Part shown: positions 40,801-49,107 of the stretch, one piece after another | Numbering within the stretch: the first letter of the stretch is position 1 | Layout of the letters: each line of letters begins with the position of its first letter | IMG/VR virus record: IMGVR_UViG_3300042914_002334 | Location: 1 to 64,000 of that record | Direction: 5' to 3' (one strand) | DNA from: a virus | DNA: 64,000 nucleotides | Position numbers and translations under genes: made by a program | The notes under the pieces: model-generated | The model's database searches: none | What the model saw: the letters and a program-made list of their open reading frames with translations, nothing else | What the model was told of the DNA's origin: nothing

Positions 40801-41477
40801 GAGCCAACTATAGTTAAACCAGTTCCGCCGTGCTCTATGTTTAATACACCATCAAGAGTGAAGTTTCCAGAACTTGTTATTGGATTAGTGGTGCTTGAAC
40901 TAACAGTTAAACCAGTTACGCCAGTGTCAAATCCAACACTTGTTACCGTTCCAGTTCCAGATGTGTTGCCCCAATATACTTGCCCACCGCCTTTAGTAAG
41001 TAATACTTGTCCTGCTGTTCCGCCAGCAATTGACAATTTGGTTATATCTGGCATAGATATAGTTTCACTTACTGTCAAGTTAGCAACAGTTAGCGTATTA
41101 GTGTTCTTGTTATACGCAAAGGTATCATCGCCGCCAAGATCGCCATTGTCATTGAACTGAATTTGTCCGTTAGAACCTCCTGGTTCATCTACATTCAATA
41201 CTTGTTGAAAAGAACGCTGATCAACGCCAGTAATGTATATGTCTTTGTCTGTATTATAGATGCTAACAGTATCGACTGTGACATAATTAGTTTCAGTCGC
41301 GGTTAATCCAGCAATAATTACAGATTTATCTGCTGCTCCGCTCAGTGCGAGTGAACCGGTGTTTAGTCCGCCAAGAGACGATGCATTAATTACAGTTGGA
41401 TTCGCAGTAGAGGTCGTAACAGTAGAAAACGGATCGTCAACTGATACTATTGTTTGGGTTGGGGTAATAATTGCCAT
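37806..41477 (-). CDS. Gly/Thr-rich fibre protein (1223 aa)
   Basis: GTVTSVGGTGTVNGLTLTG x3, GTVTSVGLSMPTGF x2, NGQVLKYNGxxWVN x2, RVLVKNQ domain. Confidence 0.8.
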   Translation of the reverse strand: MAIITPTQTIVSVDDPFSTVTTSTANPTVINASSLGGLNTGSLALSGAADKSVIIAGLTATETNYVTVDTVSIYNTDKDIYITGVDQRSFQQVLNVDEPGGSNGQIQFNDNGDLGGDDTFAYNKNTNTLTVANLTVSETISMPDITKLSIAGGTAGQVLLTKGGGQVYWGNTSGTGTVTSVGFDTGVTGLTVSSSTTNPITSSGNFTLDGVLNIEHGGTGLTIVGSPNSYLKVNSAGTALEFASTVYTLPTAGTGQNSALGGVRVDGTSILINPMGVISSYASVVYTATAQSTADGAIIRLTGSDTDGTHISSVKLKAGANMVINRLDTQTIEISSTGGGGGSTGGTVTSVGLSMPTGFTVTGSPITAAGTLAVSTSLNGIVAGNGTGFTTVTVGSGLSYSNGTLSATGGGGGGGSGTVTSVGGTGTVNGLTLTGTITTSGNLTLGGSLSNILNSALANSSITINGTAVALGGSRTITLADLGGVAKTGDTMSGPLTLNANPTASLQAATKQYVDNLVSGLFIKEAARVATQSNISGTYTNGTNGVGAKLTGSGPLDTISGLTVNVGDRVLVKNQTTKSQNGIYLMTASNPFELTRAIDFNNSLNMNAGDAFFVGEGTLATTQWIMTTTGAINTGTTDVEFTQFGGPGTYTGGTGIEVNGTTISNKGVLSVTGSGAVSATTVNGAVTLGFTQSTVPTTSGGTGLTNIGTANQVLRVNSAGTALEWGTVTGGGSGTVTSVGLSMPTGFTVSNSPVTSSGNIAVSTTLNGIVAGNGSGFTTVTVGSGLSYSNGTLSATGGGGSGTVTSVGGTGTVNGLTLTGTVTGSGNITLGGSLSNIPNTALTNNSITINSTTIALGSSTTFGLNNLNQVTITSPTNGQVLKYNGSNWVNSTDATGDGGSGTVTSVGGTGTVNGLTLTGTVTSSGSLTLGGTLSGISNSALTNSSVTFNGRSASLGGSATINLADLGTVTITSPSNGQVLKYNGTAWVNSTDATGGGGSGTVTAVSVTSANGFGGTVSNSTTTPAITLTTSVNGLLKGNGTGVSAASAGTDYQAPITLTTTGSSGPATFSNGTLNIPQYSGGGGSGGGAGNLSRFAVEIYYDGSGNLAGTPTILAGTGTAVYTTVASTACEVTFTFTGYSSPPLSILYYGIQKSGGAYNIRSFSEGTSTKLLVSGTIGTNGSGTAFSAFNPGIHTMKLSLTKSATGTNGTGATSAVIEFVMFT

Positions 41478-41563
41478 TATATTTTTCCTTATTCAAGTCG
41501 CAATGCGACGAATTACTCATACATATATTTAGCAAAATCCCATATTTTTAATTATACCAATAT

Positions 41564-41597
41564 GAAAAAAACAAAACCGTCACGAGGACGGTTTTGT
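41564..41597 (-). terminator. intrinsic terminator
   Basis: ACAAAACCGTC-ACGAG-GACGGTTTTGT followed by a T tract on the minus strand. Confidence 0.8.
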
Positions 41598-41615
41598 AGT
41601 AGAAGTGCAGAATTT

Positions 41616-42506
41616 TTATTGCGTTGCTTCTGCGGAATCCTCAATCAACTTGATTTTCCCAGCATTCTTCATTGCTTCGAGATATGCCTGACCAAGACTG
41701 CTAATTAGAGCGTCTTGAACGCTTGCTGAGTAGGAGAAGTTTCCACGCTGAGATAGCATTACACGCTTGTCAACATAAATCTTCCCGCCCATTGAGCGCC
41801 AGTTATCGCAGAAATTCCAGTCGTCATTTACATACAACTCATTTTTGACACCAGACTCAAAGTAGGTTCTTAGAACTGGTTGTTCGGTGCCGACTTCGCC
41901 TTCGTTCTTGTATTGAACGACAGATGGATGCTTAGAAAGCGTATCAAATACTTCACGCTTTACTAACATAAATCCGCTACCAACACGAGAAACTTCGTGA
42001 AGACCGTCTTCACCCTCTTCTGCACCTTCAAAGGTGTTTACTACCCATCTGATTGGAATAGTTTTAGTAGGATACAAACCACCGATAACATCAACTTTTC
42101 TGTTGAGAAGAACCATTAAGTGCCAAGGCTCCCAAGCAATTTCACCGTCGATAAACATCAAGTGAGTGCTATCTGGTTGCTCAAGAAACTTAGATACCAA
42201 GGTGTTCTTTGCACGAGGCAATAGAATATCATTGGTTGAAGTTCCAATAGACCACTCTAAACCGAATTGACGAGCCGCATTAGAGAATTTGATAAAACTA
42301 ATGAACGCTGCTTCGGAGATAGTTCCATTGTTGCAAGGAACAACAATATGAATCTTAGTGGTTCGTAGATAGTCCATATCTACTTTTACAGCATCTTCGG
42401 ATTCTGATGCTACTTCTGGTGTAGCGGTTTCTGCCGCCGGGGTTTGTGCTACTTCCTGTGTGATTTCTACAGGTGCTTTTGACTTTTTGGTCTTTTTAGT
42501 TGCCAT
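41616..42506 (-). CDS. GT-A fold glycosyltransferase-like protein (motifs degenerate)
   Basis: PRAKNTLVSKFL..THLMFIDGEIAW..GGLYP..GSGFMLVKREVF..DDWNFC..GGKIYVD pattern. Confidence 0.65.
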   Translation of the reverse strand: MATKKTKKSKAPVEITQEVAQTPAAETATPEVASESEDAVKVDMDYLRTTKIHIVVPCNNGTISEAAFISFIKFSNAARQFGLEWSIGTSTNDILLPRAKNTLVSKFLEQPDSTHLMFIDGEIAWEPWHLMVLLNRKVDVIGGLYPTKTIPIRWVVNTFEGAEEGEDGLHEVSRVGSGFMLVKREVFDTLSKHPSVVQYKNEGEVGTEQPVLRTYFESGVKNELYVNDDWNFCDNWRSMGGKIYVDKRVMLSQRGNFSYSASVQDALISSLGQAYLEAMKNAGKIKLIEDSAEATQ

Positions 42507-42572
42507 ATTTACCTTTCTGTGAGTGTAATAAAGTTATGATAACAATATTTAACAGCAAAGTCAATGGCTAAT

Positions 42573-42752
42573 TTATTTTTCATCTAAATAATCAGCGTTT
42601 TTGGATACACTGGTCTTTTCTTGTTTGTTCTCTTTAAGAACACGAAGAGATTCCTTGATTGTCTTCATCAATTTTAGTTTTTGCTCCATGCTGGCAGATG
42701 CAAGCAAGCCTCTGCTTTCCTGTATTAGTGTAAGAACTTGTTTTCTCTCCAT
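42573..42752 (-). CDS. small hypothetical protein (59 aa), possible head-internal peptide
   Basis: Below the ORF-track cutoff; MERKQVLTLIQES...IKESLRVLKENK...DYLDEK; starts 1 nt after the upstream stop. Confidence 0.6.
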   Translation of the reverse strand: MERKQVLTLIQESRGLLASASMEQKLKLMKTIKESLRVLKENKQEKTSVSKNADYLDEK

Positions 42753-42753
42753 T

Positions 42754-43104
42754 TTAATAACTCACAGTAACAAAATTGATGTTTCCTTCGGCCCAGTCAG
42801 TGACTTTGGCTCTAAACAAAACAAAATTACCAGTAAAATTCAAGAATCCATTTTTTGAAGCGGATAAATCAAGTTGCTCTACATCAAACCAATCCGTTTC
42901 TGTTGGTTCTGAATATAGAGTTGCCTGTAAAAATACATTACCAACAAAAGAGTTAGAGAATGACCAAGCAAAAGTTTGCAGCGATCTTCCAGCCACATAG
43001 TAACTTGCTGCTTCTTGTGAATCACCAGTAAGTTGCATAAACTCTCCAGCTGGAGAAGTATGACTACTTGCCGATAACAAATTGATAGCAGTTGTTTGTG
43101 CCAT
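42754..43104 (-). CDS. hypothetical beta-rich protein (116 aa)
   Basis: TAATG-coupled to upstream ORF; LQATL..ETDWFDV..FTGNFVLFRAKV. Confidence 0.7.
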   Translation of the reverse strand: MAQTTAINLLSASSHTSPAGEFMQLTGDSQEAASYYVAGRSLQTFAWSFSNSFVGNVFLQATLYSEPTETDWFDVEQLDLSASKNGFLNFTGNFVLFRAKVTDWAEGNINFVTVSY

Positions 43105-43271
43105 TATCCTCTCTCTACTTCGACTATTACATCATTGCCAAGCAATTCTTGAGCAACTTGCTCAATCGCTGCAATAGTTTCTTCGCTTACTAATTCAATA
43201 TCGCCCTGATCATTGGTTTTAGCTAACTTGCTCACTATGATCACTATCGATTGTTCGTAGATTTTCGCCAC
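43104..43271 (-). CDS. small hypothetical protein (55 aa)
   Basis: Not in track; GTG start, GAGGT RBS, ATAAATA at 43296-43302; MAKIYEQSIVIIVSKL...VIVEVERG; stop overlaps next ATG. Confidence 0.7.
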   Translation of the reverse strand: MAKIYEQSIVIIVSKLAKTNDQGDIELVSEETIAAIEQVAQELLGNDVIVEVERG

Positions 43272-44034
43272 AATTTACCTCATCTGTTTCTGTAGTATTT
43301 ATTCTTTTTTCAATTTTACAAAGTTTCAATACTATTCCTGGATACAACATATTTAGATATGTGGCGTGATAATCATTATTCATATCTATCGTCATACCAT
43401 ACCAAATTCCGTAAGTATTTCTATGTCTCATCCATCGAATAGCAGATAGATTGAGTTTTATATCATTATTTTTGTCAATCAAATATTCTCTCACACAAGT
43501 GAGATCGTTATTTTGTATACGTCGAGTCGCTGATCCAAAATACATTCTGTATTTGTATTTTGGATTTACTTGATAGATGACTCCCTTTTCGAAGTTATCT
43601 AATTTTGTAGAATACAGCAATTTTATACCGAGTTTTGGAGTTTTTATTTCGTCGTATAATGACACGAGTTTAGAAATCAACTCTTGAATCTTGTTTTTTG
43701 TTTCTTCGTGATGATATATCACGATGCTATTTGCCCCGCAAAACACAACTTTTATATCAATCTTAGCGGAAACAAGATCAAGAATGAATTTTTTGATTTC
43801 TACATTTATATCAGAATAATTACTCATTACTTCCAATACTGATTTCTTAGTATAAGATGAGTAACTTACGTAACAATCTTCATTCAGATATTCATTTAAA
43901 TTCTCGATGTTCTTTAGCCGGCGCAACAAGAATAAATTCTCGGTGCGAATATATATTTTGTATTTGTATTTGTCAAAGTAATAATTTGTTTTACTTTTTT
44001 CAAGTGCGTATTCAGTGTAGTGTGATAATTCCAT
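43219..44034 (-). CDS. hypothetical protein (Tyr/Lys-rich, possible internal duplication)
   Basis: KYKYKIY and KYKYRMY motifs; overlaps clpA stop. Confidence 0.6.
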   Translation of the reverse strand: MELSHYTEYALEKSKTNYYFDKYKYKIYIRTENLFLLRRLKNIENLNEYLNEDCYVSYSSYTKKSVLEVMSNYSDINVEIKKFILDLVSAKIDIKVVFCGANSIVIYHHEETKNKIQELISKLVSLYDEIKTPKLGIKLLYSTKLDNFEKGVIYQVNPKYKYRMYFGSATRRIQNNDLTCVREYLIDKNNDIKLNLSAIRWMRHRNTYGIWYGMTIDMNNDYHATYLNMLYPGIVLKLCKIEKRINTTETDEVNCGENLRTIDSDHSEQVS

Positions 44035-46291
44035 CTTGTCCTACCATACCAGTTAGTTCTACGATCTTATTGATAACAACAAACTCGATTTTGTCGTTGA
44101 TTAGATTTGCAACAATATTTGCGTTCTTCAACTTTTCGAAGATAATCTTTTTACTCAACGGAACTCTAATCAGTTCATCAATTTTACGAGCAAGAGGTCT
44201 TGCACCCATCTTATCGTCATAACCGACCTTTGCAAGATGCTCAATTACATCTTCGCTTAGTGTCAATGTAATAGCATGCTGATTAGTCAATTGCTTTTTA
44301 AGATCATTTGCAAACTTGACAACGATCTTTTTGATTGCCAGTGTGTTCAACTTGTTGAACTTGCAAACCAAATCAATACGATTACGCAATTCAGGCTTAA
44401 AGAATTCCTTTAATGCTTTTTCATCAGAATCAGTTTTGCGTTGATCGCCGAAGCCAATATTGTTTCGCTCACTATCGGCTGCGCCCATATTGCTGGTCAT
44501 GATAACAATAGTATTTTTTGCATTTACTCTCTTACCATTTGTTCCAGTGATAGTTCCCTCGTCGAGTAACTGCAAAAACAAGTTATAAACATCCGGGTGT
44601 GCCTTTTCGACCTCATCGAACAACAAAATAGCATATGGGTTCTTACTCAAGTCGTTGATGATCTTGCCGCCGCCAAGATTGCTGTCTTCATATCCTACAT
44701 ATCCAGGAGGTGCGCCGATCAAGCCTGCAACGCTATGCTTTTCTTGATACTCACTCATATCATACTTGAGTAGTTTCATATCCAGATGTTCGCTTAACAG
44801 ACGAGCCAGTTCTGTTTTACCTGTTCCAGTGGGTCCAAGAAACAAGAAACTTGCCATGGGCTTCTTTTCATTTGCGATTCCAGCATAACTGACATAAATT
44901 CTATCAAGAACAGAGTCCACCACATGTTCCTGACCGTATAGTTTTTCCTTGATGTTGATATCGATGACTGTAATACGCTCGTTCTTGTCGTGATCCAACT
45001 TGTCTTCCGGAATGTTGGCCATCTTGCTAATTTGTTCTCTGATATCATCGGCCGTAATAAACGCACCAACATTATTTTCGACTCGTTGCTTTGCACACGC
45101 AGCATCAAGCAAATCTATGCTCTTGTCTGGATTCTTTTTGTCGTGAATGTATCTGCTGCCGTATTCGATTGCACTTTCGATTGCATCATCTTGAATGGTA
45201 ACGCTATGGAAAGTGTTCAACTTATCGCTCAAGCCATGCAGAATTTTCTTTGTAGTTTCAAGTGATGGCTCATCCACACTTACACGATAGAATCGACGCA
45301 TAAGAGCACGATCCTTTTCAAAACTATCGTAGTATTCTTCCCAAGTGGTGCTGGCTATGATTTTTAGAGTGCCCTTGGTGATCGCAGGCTTGATCATATT
45401 TGAGAAGTCAATGCTACTGGTAGAACTTCCGCCGGCGCCTCGCATAGTGTGTGCTTCGTCAATAAACAGAATGACATTCTTTTTAGTGTTTAGCGCATCA
45501 AGAACATTCTTGACCTTTTCTTCAAAGTCACCTCGATACTTACTCCCAGCAAGCAAACTGGCAATCTCAAGAGAGAACAACTCGTGTTCCTTTAAGAAAT
45601 CAGATACATCATCATTCACGATTTTGTGTGCAAGACCCTCTGCGATTGCGGTTTTACCAACACCGGGTTCTCCAACCATCAATACATTACTCTTGTATTT
45701 CTTGGCAAGAATATTTACGATGTCATAAATCTCGGTGTCGCGACCAATAACTGGATCAATCTTTCCGTCTCGTGCCAACTGAGTTAGATTCACGGTATGT
45801 TCAGCGAGAACTTCATCTGCTTGTTCTTCTGTCATTTTTGCAGACAACTTTGCATTCTTTGCACTCTTTTGCCAGTGAGCAATAAATTCGTTTCTGGTCA
45901 CACCCCACTTTAGCAAGAAGTAGTGAGCATGAGTATTGGTTTCAGCCATGATACTCAAATACAAGTCAACGATCTCGATCTGACGACGACCAGTGAATAA
46001 CACTTGCGTTACCGCACGATTGAACATTCGTTCCAAAGCAGTAGTTCTTTTTGGATGATAATCGTCAGTTACATTTTTTGCGGCCAAGTGTGTTTGTTGC
46101 TCAAGAAATGCAGTTAGATCAATAATCATTGCGTCTACATCAACGCCAAATGATTCAAGAGTTTTCTTAAAAGAGTTCTGCGATACCAAACTCAGCAAAG
46201 TATGCTCTAAGGTAACATATTTGTGTTTTAGTTTTTTGGAAAAAATTACTGCGTTTTCGATTATTTGCTCAATTTCTGGATTATTGATCAT
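44012..46291 (-). CDS. clpA: ClpA-like ATP-dependent Clp protease ATPase subunit
   Basis: Clp N-domain; GEPGVGKT, AGSKYRGDFE, LFIDEAH; GPTGTGKT, DMSEY, GAPPGYVGY, FDEVEKAH, IGF loop, GARPL; no long middle domain. Confidence 0.9.
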   Translation of the reverse strand: MINNPEIEQIIENAVIFSKKLKHKYVTLEHTLLSLVSQNSFKKTLESFGVDVDAMIIDLTAFLEQQTHLAAKNVTDDYHPKRTTALERMFNRAVTQVLFTGRRQIEIVDLYLSIMAETNTHAHYFLLKWGVTRNEFIAHWQKSAKNAKLSAKMTEEQADEVLAEHTVNLTQLARDGKIDPVIGRDTEIYDIVNILAKKYKSNVLMVGEPGVGKTAIAEGLAHKIVNDDVSDFLKEHELFSLEIASLLAGSKYRGDFEEKVKNVLDALNTKKNVILFIDEAHTMRGAGGSSTSSIDFSNMIKPAITKGTLKIIASTTWEEYYDSFEKDRALMRRFYRVSVDEPSLETTKKILHGLSDKLNTFHSVTIQDDAIESAIEYGSRYIHDKKNPDKSIDLLDAACAKQRVENNVGAFITADDIREQISKMANIPEDKLDHDKNERITVIDINIKEKLYGQEHVVDSVLDRIYVSYAGIANEKKPMASFLFLGPTGTGKTELARLLSEHLDMKLLKYDMSEYQEKHSVAGLIGAPPGYVGYEDSNLGGGKIINDLSKNPYAILLFDEVEKAHPDVYNLFLQLLDEGTITGTNGKRVNAKNTIVIMTSNMGAADSERNNIGFGDQRKTDSDEKALKEFFKPELRNRIDLVCKFNKLNTLAIKKIVVKFANDLKKQLTNQHAITLTLSEDVIEHLAKVGYDDKMGARPLARKIDELIRVPLSKKIIFEKLKNANIVANLINDKIEFVVINKIVELTGMVGQDGIITLH

Positions 46292-47057
46292 TATGATCCT
46301 TTCGTGTTTGATTTCGTTCGTTGTTTATTGCCAAAAGCAGTTCATCGCTTATATTATCAGGAATTTCTGCTTTAATCAAGATATATTGGTCACCTACTCG
46401 TGAATTATTTTTTAGTCCTCTGCCGGGAATTCTCAATTGATACTCTGGCTTAGTATTAGGTCTAATAGTAATTTCCAAATTGGTTCCATCCAAAGCAGTA
46501 AATTGTATTTTTGTTCCAATTATCAAATCGAATACATTGATAGGAACTACTGAGTGCAAATCCAGTCCGTGTCTGCGAAATTTTAGATGCTCGGTAATTA
46601 GAAATGTGATTTGTAAACTGGCATTAGGAATAACATTCTCATATCTGATTGCCTGCCCATGATCTATCCCTTTTGGAACATTTATTTCCACATACTTCAT
46701 TCCTTGTGGAGTGTTGATTTGTAGCGTTTTTACGCTATCGACCAATATATCTTCAAGCGACAAGTGAATTGCAAAATTATACATTTGCACATTCGTAAAA
46801 TTACGCATATTGAACATACTATTAAATATGTCATTTATGGAATCAAAACCTCCACCGAAGTGCTCGTGATGTGGGTTATCATAAGCAGATCGCTTTTCAG
46901 GATCGCTCAATGCGTCATATGCTGCTTGAATTTGTTGGAAAGTTTTTGTGTCGCCGCCACGATCAGGGTGATGTTTTGCCGCTAACTTTCTATATGCTTG
47001 TTTTATTTCCTCTTGAGAGGAGTTCTTGGATACTCCAAGAGTTGCGTAGTGATCCAT
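46281..47057 (-). CDS. dnaJ: DnaJ-class co-chaperone without Zn finger (CbpA-like)
   Basis: Start at ATG 47057; DHYATLGV..IKQAYRKLAAKHHPDRGG..AYDALSD; C-terminal LRIPGRG..GDQYI. Confidence 0.9.
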   Translation of the reverse strand: MDHYATLGVSKNSSQEEIKQAYRKLAAKHHPDRGGDTKTFQQIQAAYDALSDPEKRSAYDNPHHEHFGGGFDSINDIFNSMFNMRNFTNVQMYNFAIHLSLEDILVDSVKTLQINTPQGMKYVEINVPKGIDHGQAIRYENVIPNASLQITFLITEHLKFRRHGLDLHSVVPINVFDLIIGTKIQFTALDGTNLEITIRPNTKPEYQLRIPGRGLKNNSRVGDQYILIKAEIPDNISDELLLAINNERNQTRKDHNDQ

Positions 47058-47070
47058 TATTTTATTTTTG

Positions 47071-47119
47071 TGTTGAGTATTACTCAACAAAATATATCAC
47101 AATGTTGAGCAAAAATCAA
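47071..47119 (-). promoter_or_regulatory. sigma70-like promoter plus downstream palindrome
   Basis: TTGATT-17-TATATT with extended TG; TGTTGAGTA-N-TACTCAACA at 47071-47089. Confidence 0.55.
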
Positions 47120-47571
47120 TCTTTTCCGGCAATTTTTTCTTTTGTGCGGCCGTATGCAGTAATTCCTATACAAGCACCCATAGATATATGAAACAGCCCT
47201 GCGCCCTGCAAAGTCACGGGTTGCCATTGGCTGACTACACTTCCATTGCTTATTGCTTGTAGTATGGACCATAATACAGGAAATAACATAAAGTCGGTAA
47301 TACATGCTGCTATATAGACCCAGCCCAGCATGGGTCTCCATCTTTTGTTTACCCAATCTTTGTTATCGTTGTCTACCAATACTTCTGCATTTTGAGCAGC
47401 GTTGTCGCCGGCAGTAGTGAGATTCAATTGAGGTTGAGCGGCTCGGTGAGTGCTATCATAACTACTTGATTGAAATTGTGGCATTTCTGGATCAGCGACA
47501 AGCATTTCATATGCTACATCATTTGTGGCCACTGATGCATTACAGTTTCTTTTTGCTAATAGTGTAGTCAT
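47116..47571 (-). CDS. holin, 3TM/GTA-holin-like family
   Basis: WVNKRWRPMLGWVY..DFMLFP..hydrophobic helices..GRTKEK. Confidence 0.7.
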   Translation of the reverse strand: MTTLLAKRNCNASVATNDVAYEMLVADPEMPQFQSSSYDSTHRAAQPQLNLTTAGDNAAQNAEVLVDNDNKDWVNKRWRPMLGWVYIAACITDFMLFPVLWSILQAISNGSVVSQWQPVTLQGAGLFHISMGACIGITAYGRTKEKIAGKD

Positions 47572-47572
47572 A

Positions 47573-48109
47573 TCAATTTATCCCCGCTTGTCGTTGTAAA
47601 TTCAAGATGTCCTCATCGGTTTCGTAAACCTTTGATGTTTTTATTCCAGCGATTTCTCTCCACTCGTTCAAATCTTTGTCATTTTCTTTTTTGTAATCTT
47701 GTGAAGTAAGAGAAATATTATTCGCTATGTTTTCTCTTGTTGCCGGAAATTTGTCGCTCTTAATTTTTAGAGTCCAGTCTTCGCCCTTTACGCCAGTTAA
47801 AGTATCAATATCGTCAAGTATTTCCATTATTTTTCTTGGTGAACTTGGTCTGCGATTTAATTCGGCAAAAACATAGTATTTACCACGCTCCACTTCACCT
47901 GGACTAATATCTGCGTCTATGATAAACTCATAGCCACGTTCAAGCCAAGTAACCAAATCTTCACCTGCTTCTTTTGCAGTGACCATAAAACTCAGCGTGA
48001 TGATTTCGCTGTCATCGCCAATTCTTGACTTGAACTCATCTATTCCGAGCGTTGTGATCAGAATGTCTTTTAAGTCAAGATGTTTTAGGCTTTCATTTAA
48101 TTGAATCAT
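47573..48109 (-). CDS. hypothetical phage protein
   Basis: Acidic; MIQLNESL start; ATGA-coupled. Confidence 0.7.
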   Translation of the reverse strand: MIQLNESLKHLDLKDILITTLGIDEFKSRIGDDSEIITLSFMVTAKEAGEDLVTWLERGYEFIIDADISPGEVERGKYYVFAELNRRPSSPRKIMEILDDIDTLTGVKGEDWTLKIKSDKFPATRENIANNISLTSQDYKKENDKDLNEWREIAGIKTSKVYETDEDILNLQRQAGIN

Positions 48110-48741
48110 ATCGGTGGTAATCCAGCCAAATCAGGCGGTAATCCGCCCATAGGTCCTCCCATTGGACCGCCCATAGGGCCTCCCATTGGACCGCTCATAC
48201 CCTGTTGCCCCAGTTCTTGATCCTTTAATGACTCAGTATCATAATCCTTTTGATATGCGTCATCCAAGTCTCCAAGATCAATGGTTTGATCTGCGATATC
48301 TACACTACCTTCTCTTATATCTGACATCAACTGCTTTGGAACGCATATGTTGATGAGCCACACCGTTATAGAGATCATTTTTGGATAGTGTGATCCTGGT
48401 TTGAAATCGCTTGCGCTTTTTATTTCAATGGGTATTTTTATTTTTGTTTTCTTGAATGCCACTTTGCATCCAAGTGGTAGTAATCTTTTTGCTCCTCGTG
48501 GATCAGGCATCAGTGATTTTGGCCACATAAAAGTACAAGATACATCGTATCTGTTTACTACTGGACCATCCACTAATTCTCCGAGTTGCCAATTCTTAAA
48601 CGCATAGATGTCTGCTTCATCCAGAACTCTTTCGAAGTCAAGTAAAGTAGACATTGTTCCATCACTGGTGTATATGCCTTTGATATTATTGACAATTTCG
48701 CTCCAATCTGGAGAATCTAAAAAGGTATACTTCTTTGTCAT
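48106..48741 (-). CDS. hypothetical phage protein with (GGPM)n tail
   Basis: Start moved to ATG 48741, 7 nt after TAAATA; tail MSGPMGGPMGGPMGG. Confidence 0.7.
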   Translation of the reverse strand: MTKKYTFLDSPDWSEIVNNIKGIYTSDGTMSTLLDFERVLDEADIYAFKNWQLGELVDGPVVNRYDVSCTFMWPKSLMPDPRGAKRLLPLGCKVAFKKTKIKIPIEIKSASDFKPGSHYPKMISITVWLINICVPKQLMSDIREGSVDIADQTIDLGDLDDAYQKDYDTESLKDQELGQQGMSGPMGGPMGGPMGGPMGGLPPDLAGLPPI

Positions 48742-48746
48742 GATAG

Positions 48747-48774
48747 AGTATTTATCAAACCTCTGATAAATACT
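48747..48774. promoter_or_regulatory. back-to-back divergent late promoters forming a palindrome
   Basis: AGTATTTATCA-N6-TGATAAATACT between divergent genes. Confidence 0.7.
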
Positions 48775-48797
48775 ATTAAACAATAGTGAGACAAATC

Positions 48798-49106
48798 ATG
48801 AAGGTCACCGAATTACTAAAACAATTATCTCAGATGATGTCTGATGTTGATACCACCGAAGTAGTTGAGCCAGAAGAGCCACAACCAGAAGTTGGCGTCT
48901 TTATGCCTCCATTACAAGCAGAATTGGAATTATTCAAAAAATCAAATAATTTGGATAATGTTTATGACAACGAATCTTGTGATGAGCCAGTTGATTACAA
49001 AGAAGAATCAGATGCGGCTCCAGAAGATGAACTTGATCGAATGAAAAAAATGGCTGGTATAGAACCAACCATTATAGTGAAAACTTCTAACACTCCAACT
49101 TTCTAA
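48798..49106 (+). CDS. small acidic hypothetical protein
   Basis: MKVTELL..FMPPLQAELELFKK..ELDRMKKMAGI; ATG 48798 follows GAGAC. Confidence 0.7.
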   Translation: MKVTELLKQLSQMMSDVDTTEVVEPEEPQPEVGVFMPPLQAELELFKKSNNLDNVYDNESCDEPVDYKEESDAAPEDELDRMKKMAGIEPTIIVKTSNTPTF

Positions 49107-49107
49107 A

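Noticed and set aside
1042-41160. Dozens of plus-strand ORFs (60-190 aa) rich in VPP/PVV
   Set aside because: Antisense shadows of Gly/Thr-rich fibre codons; no RBS or promoters, fully nested in long minus-strand genes
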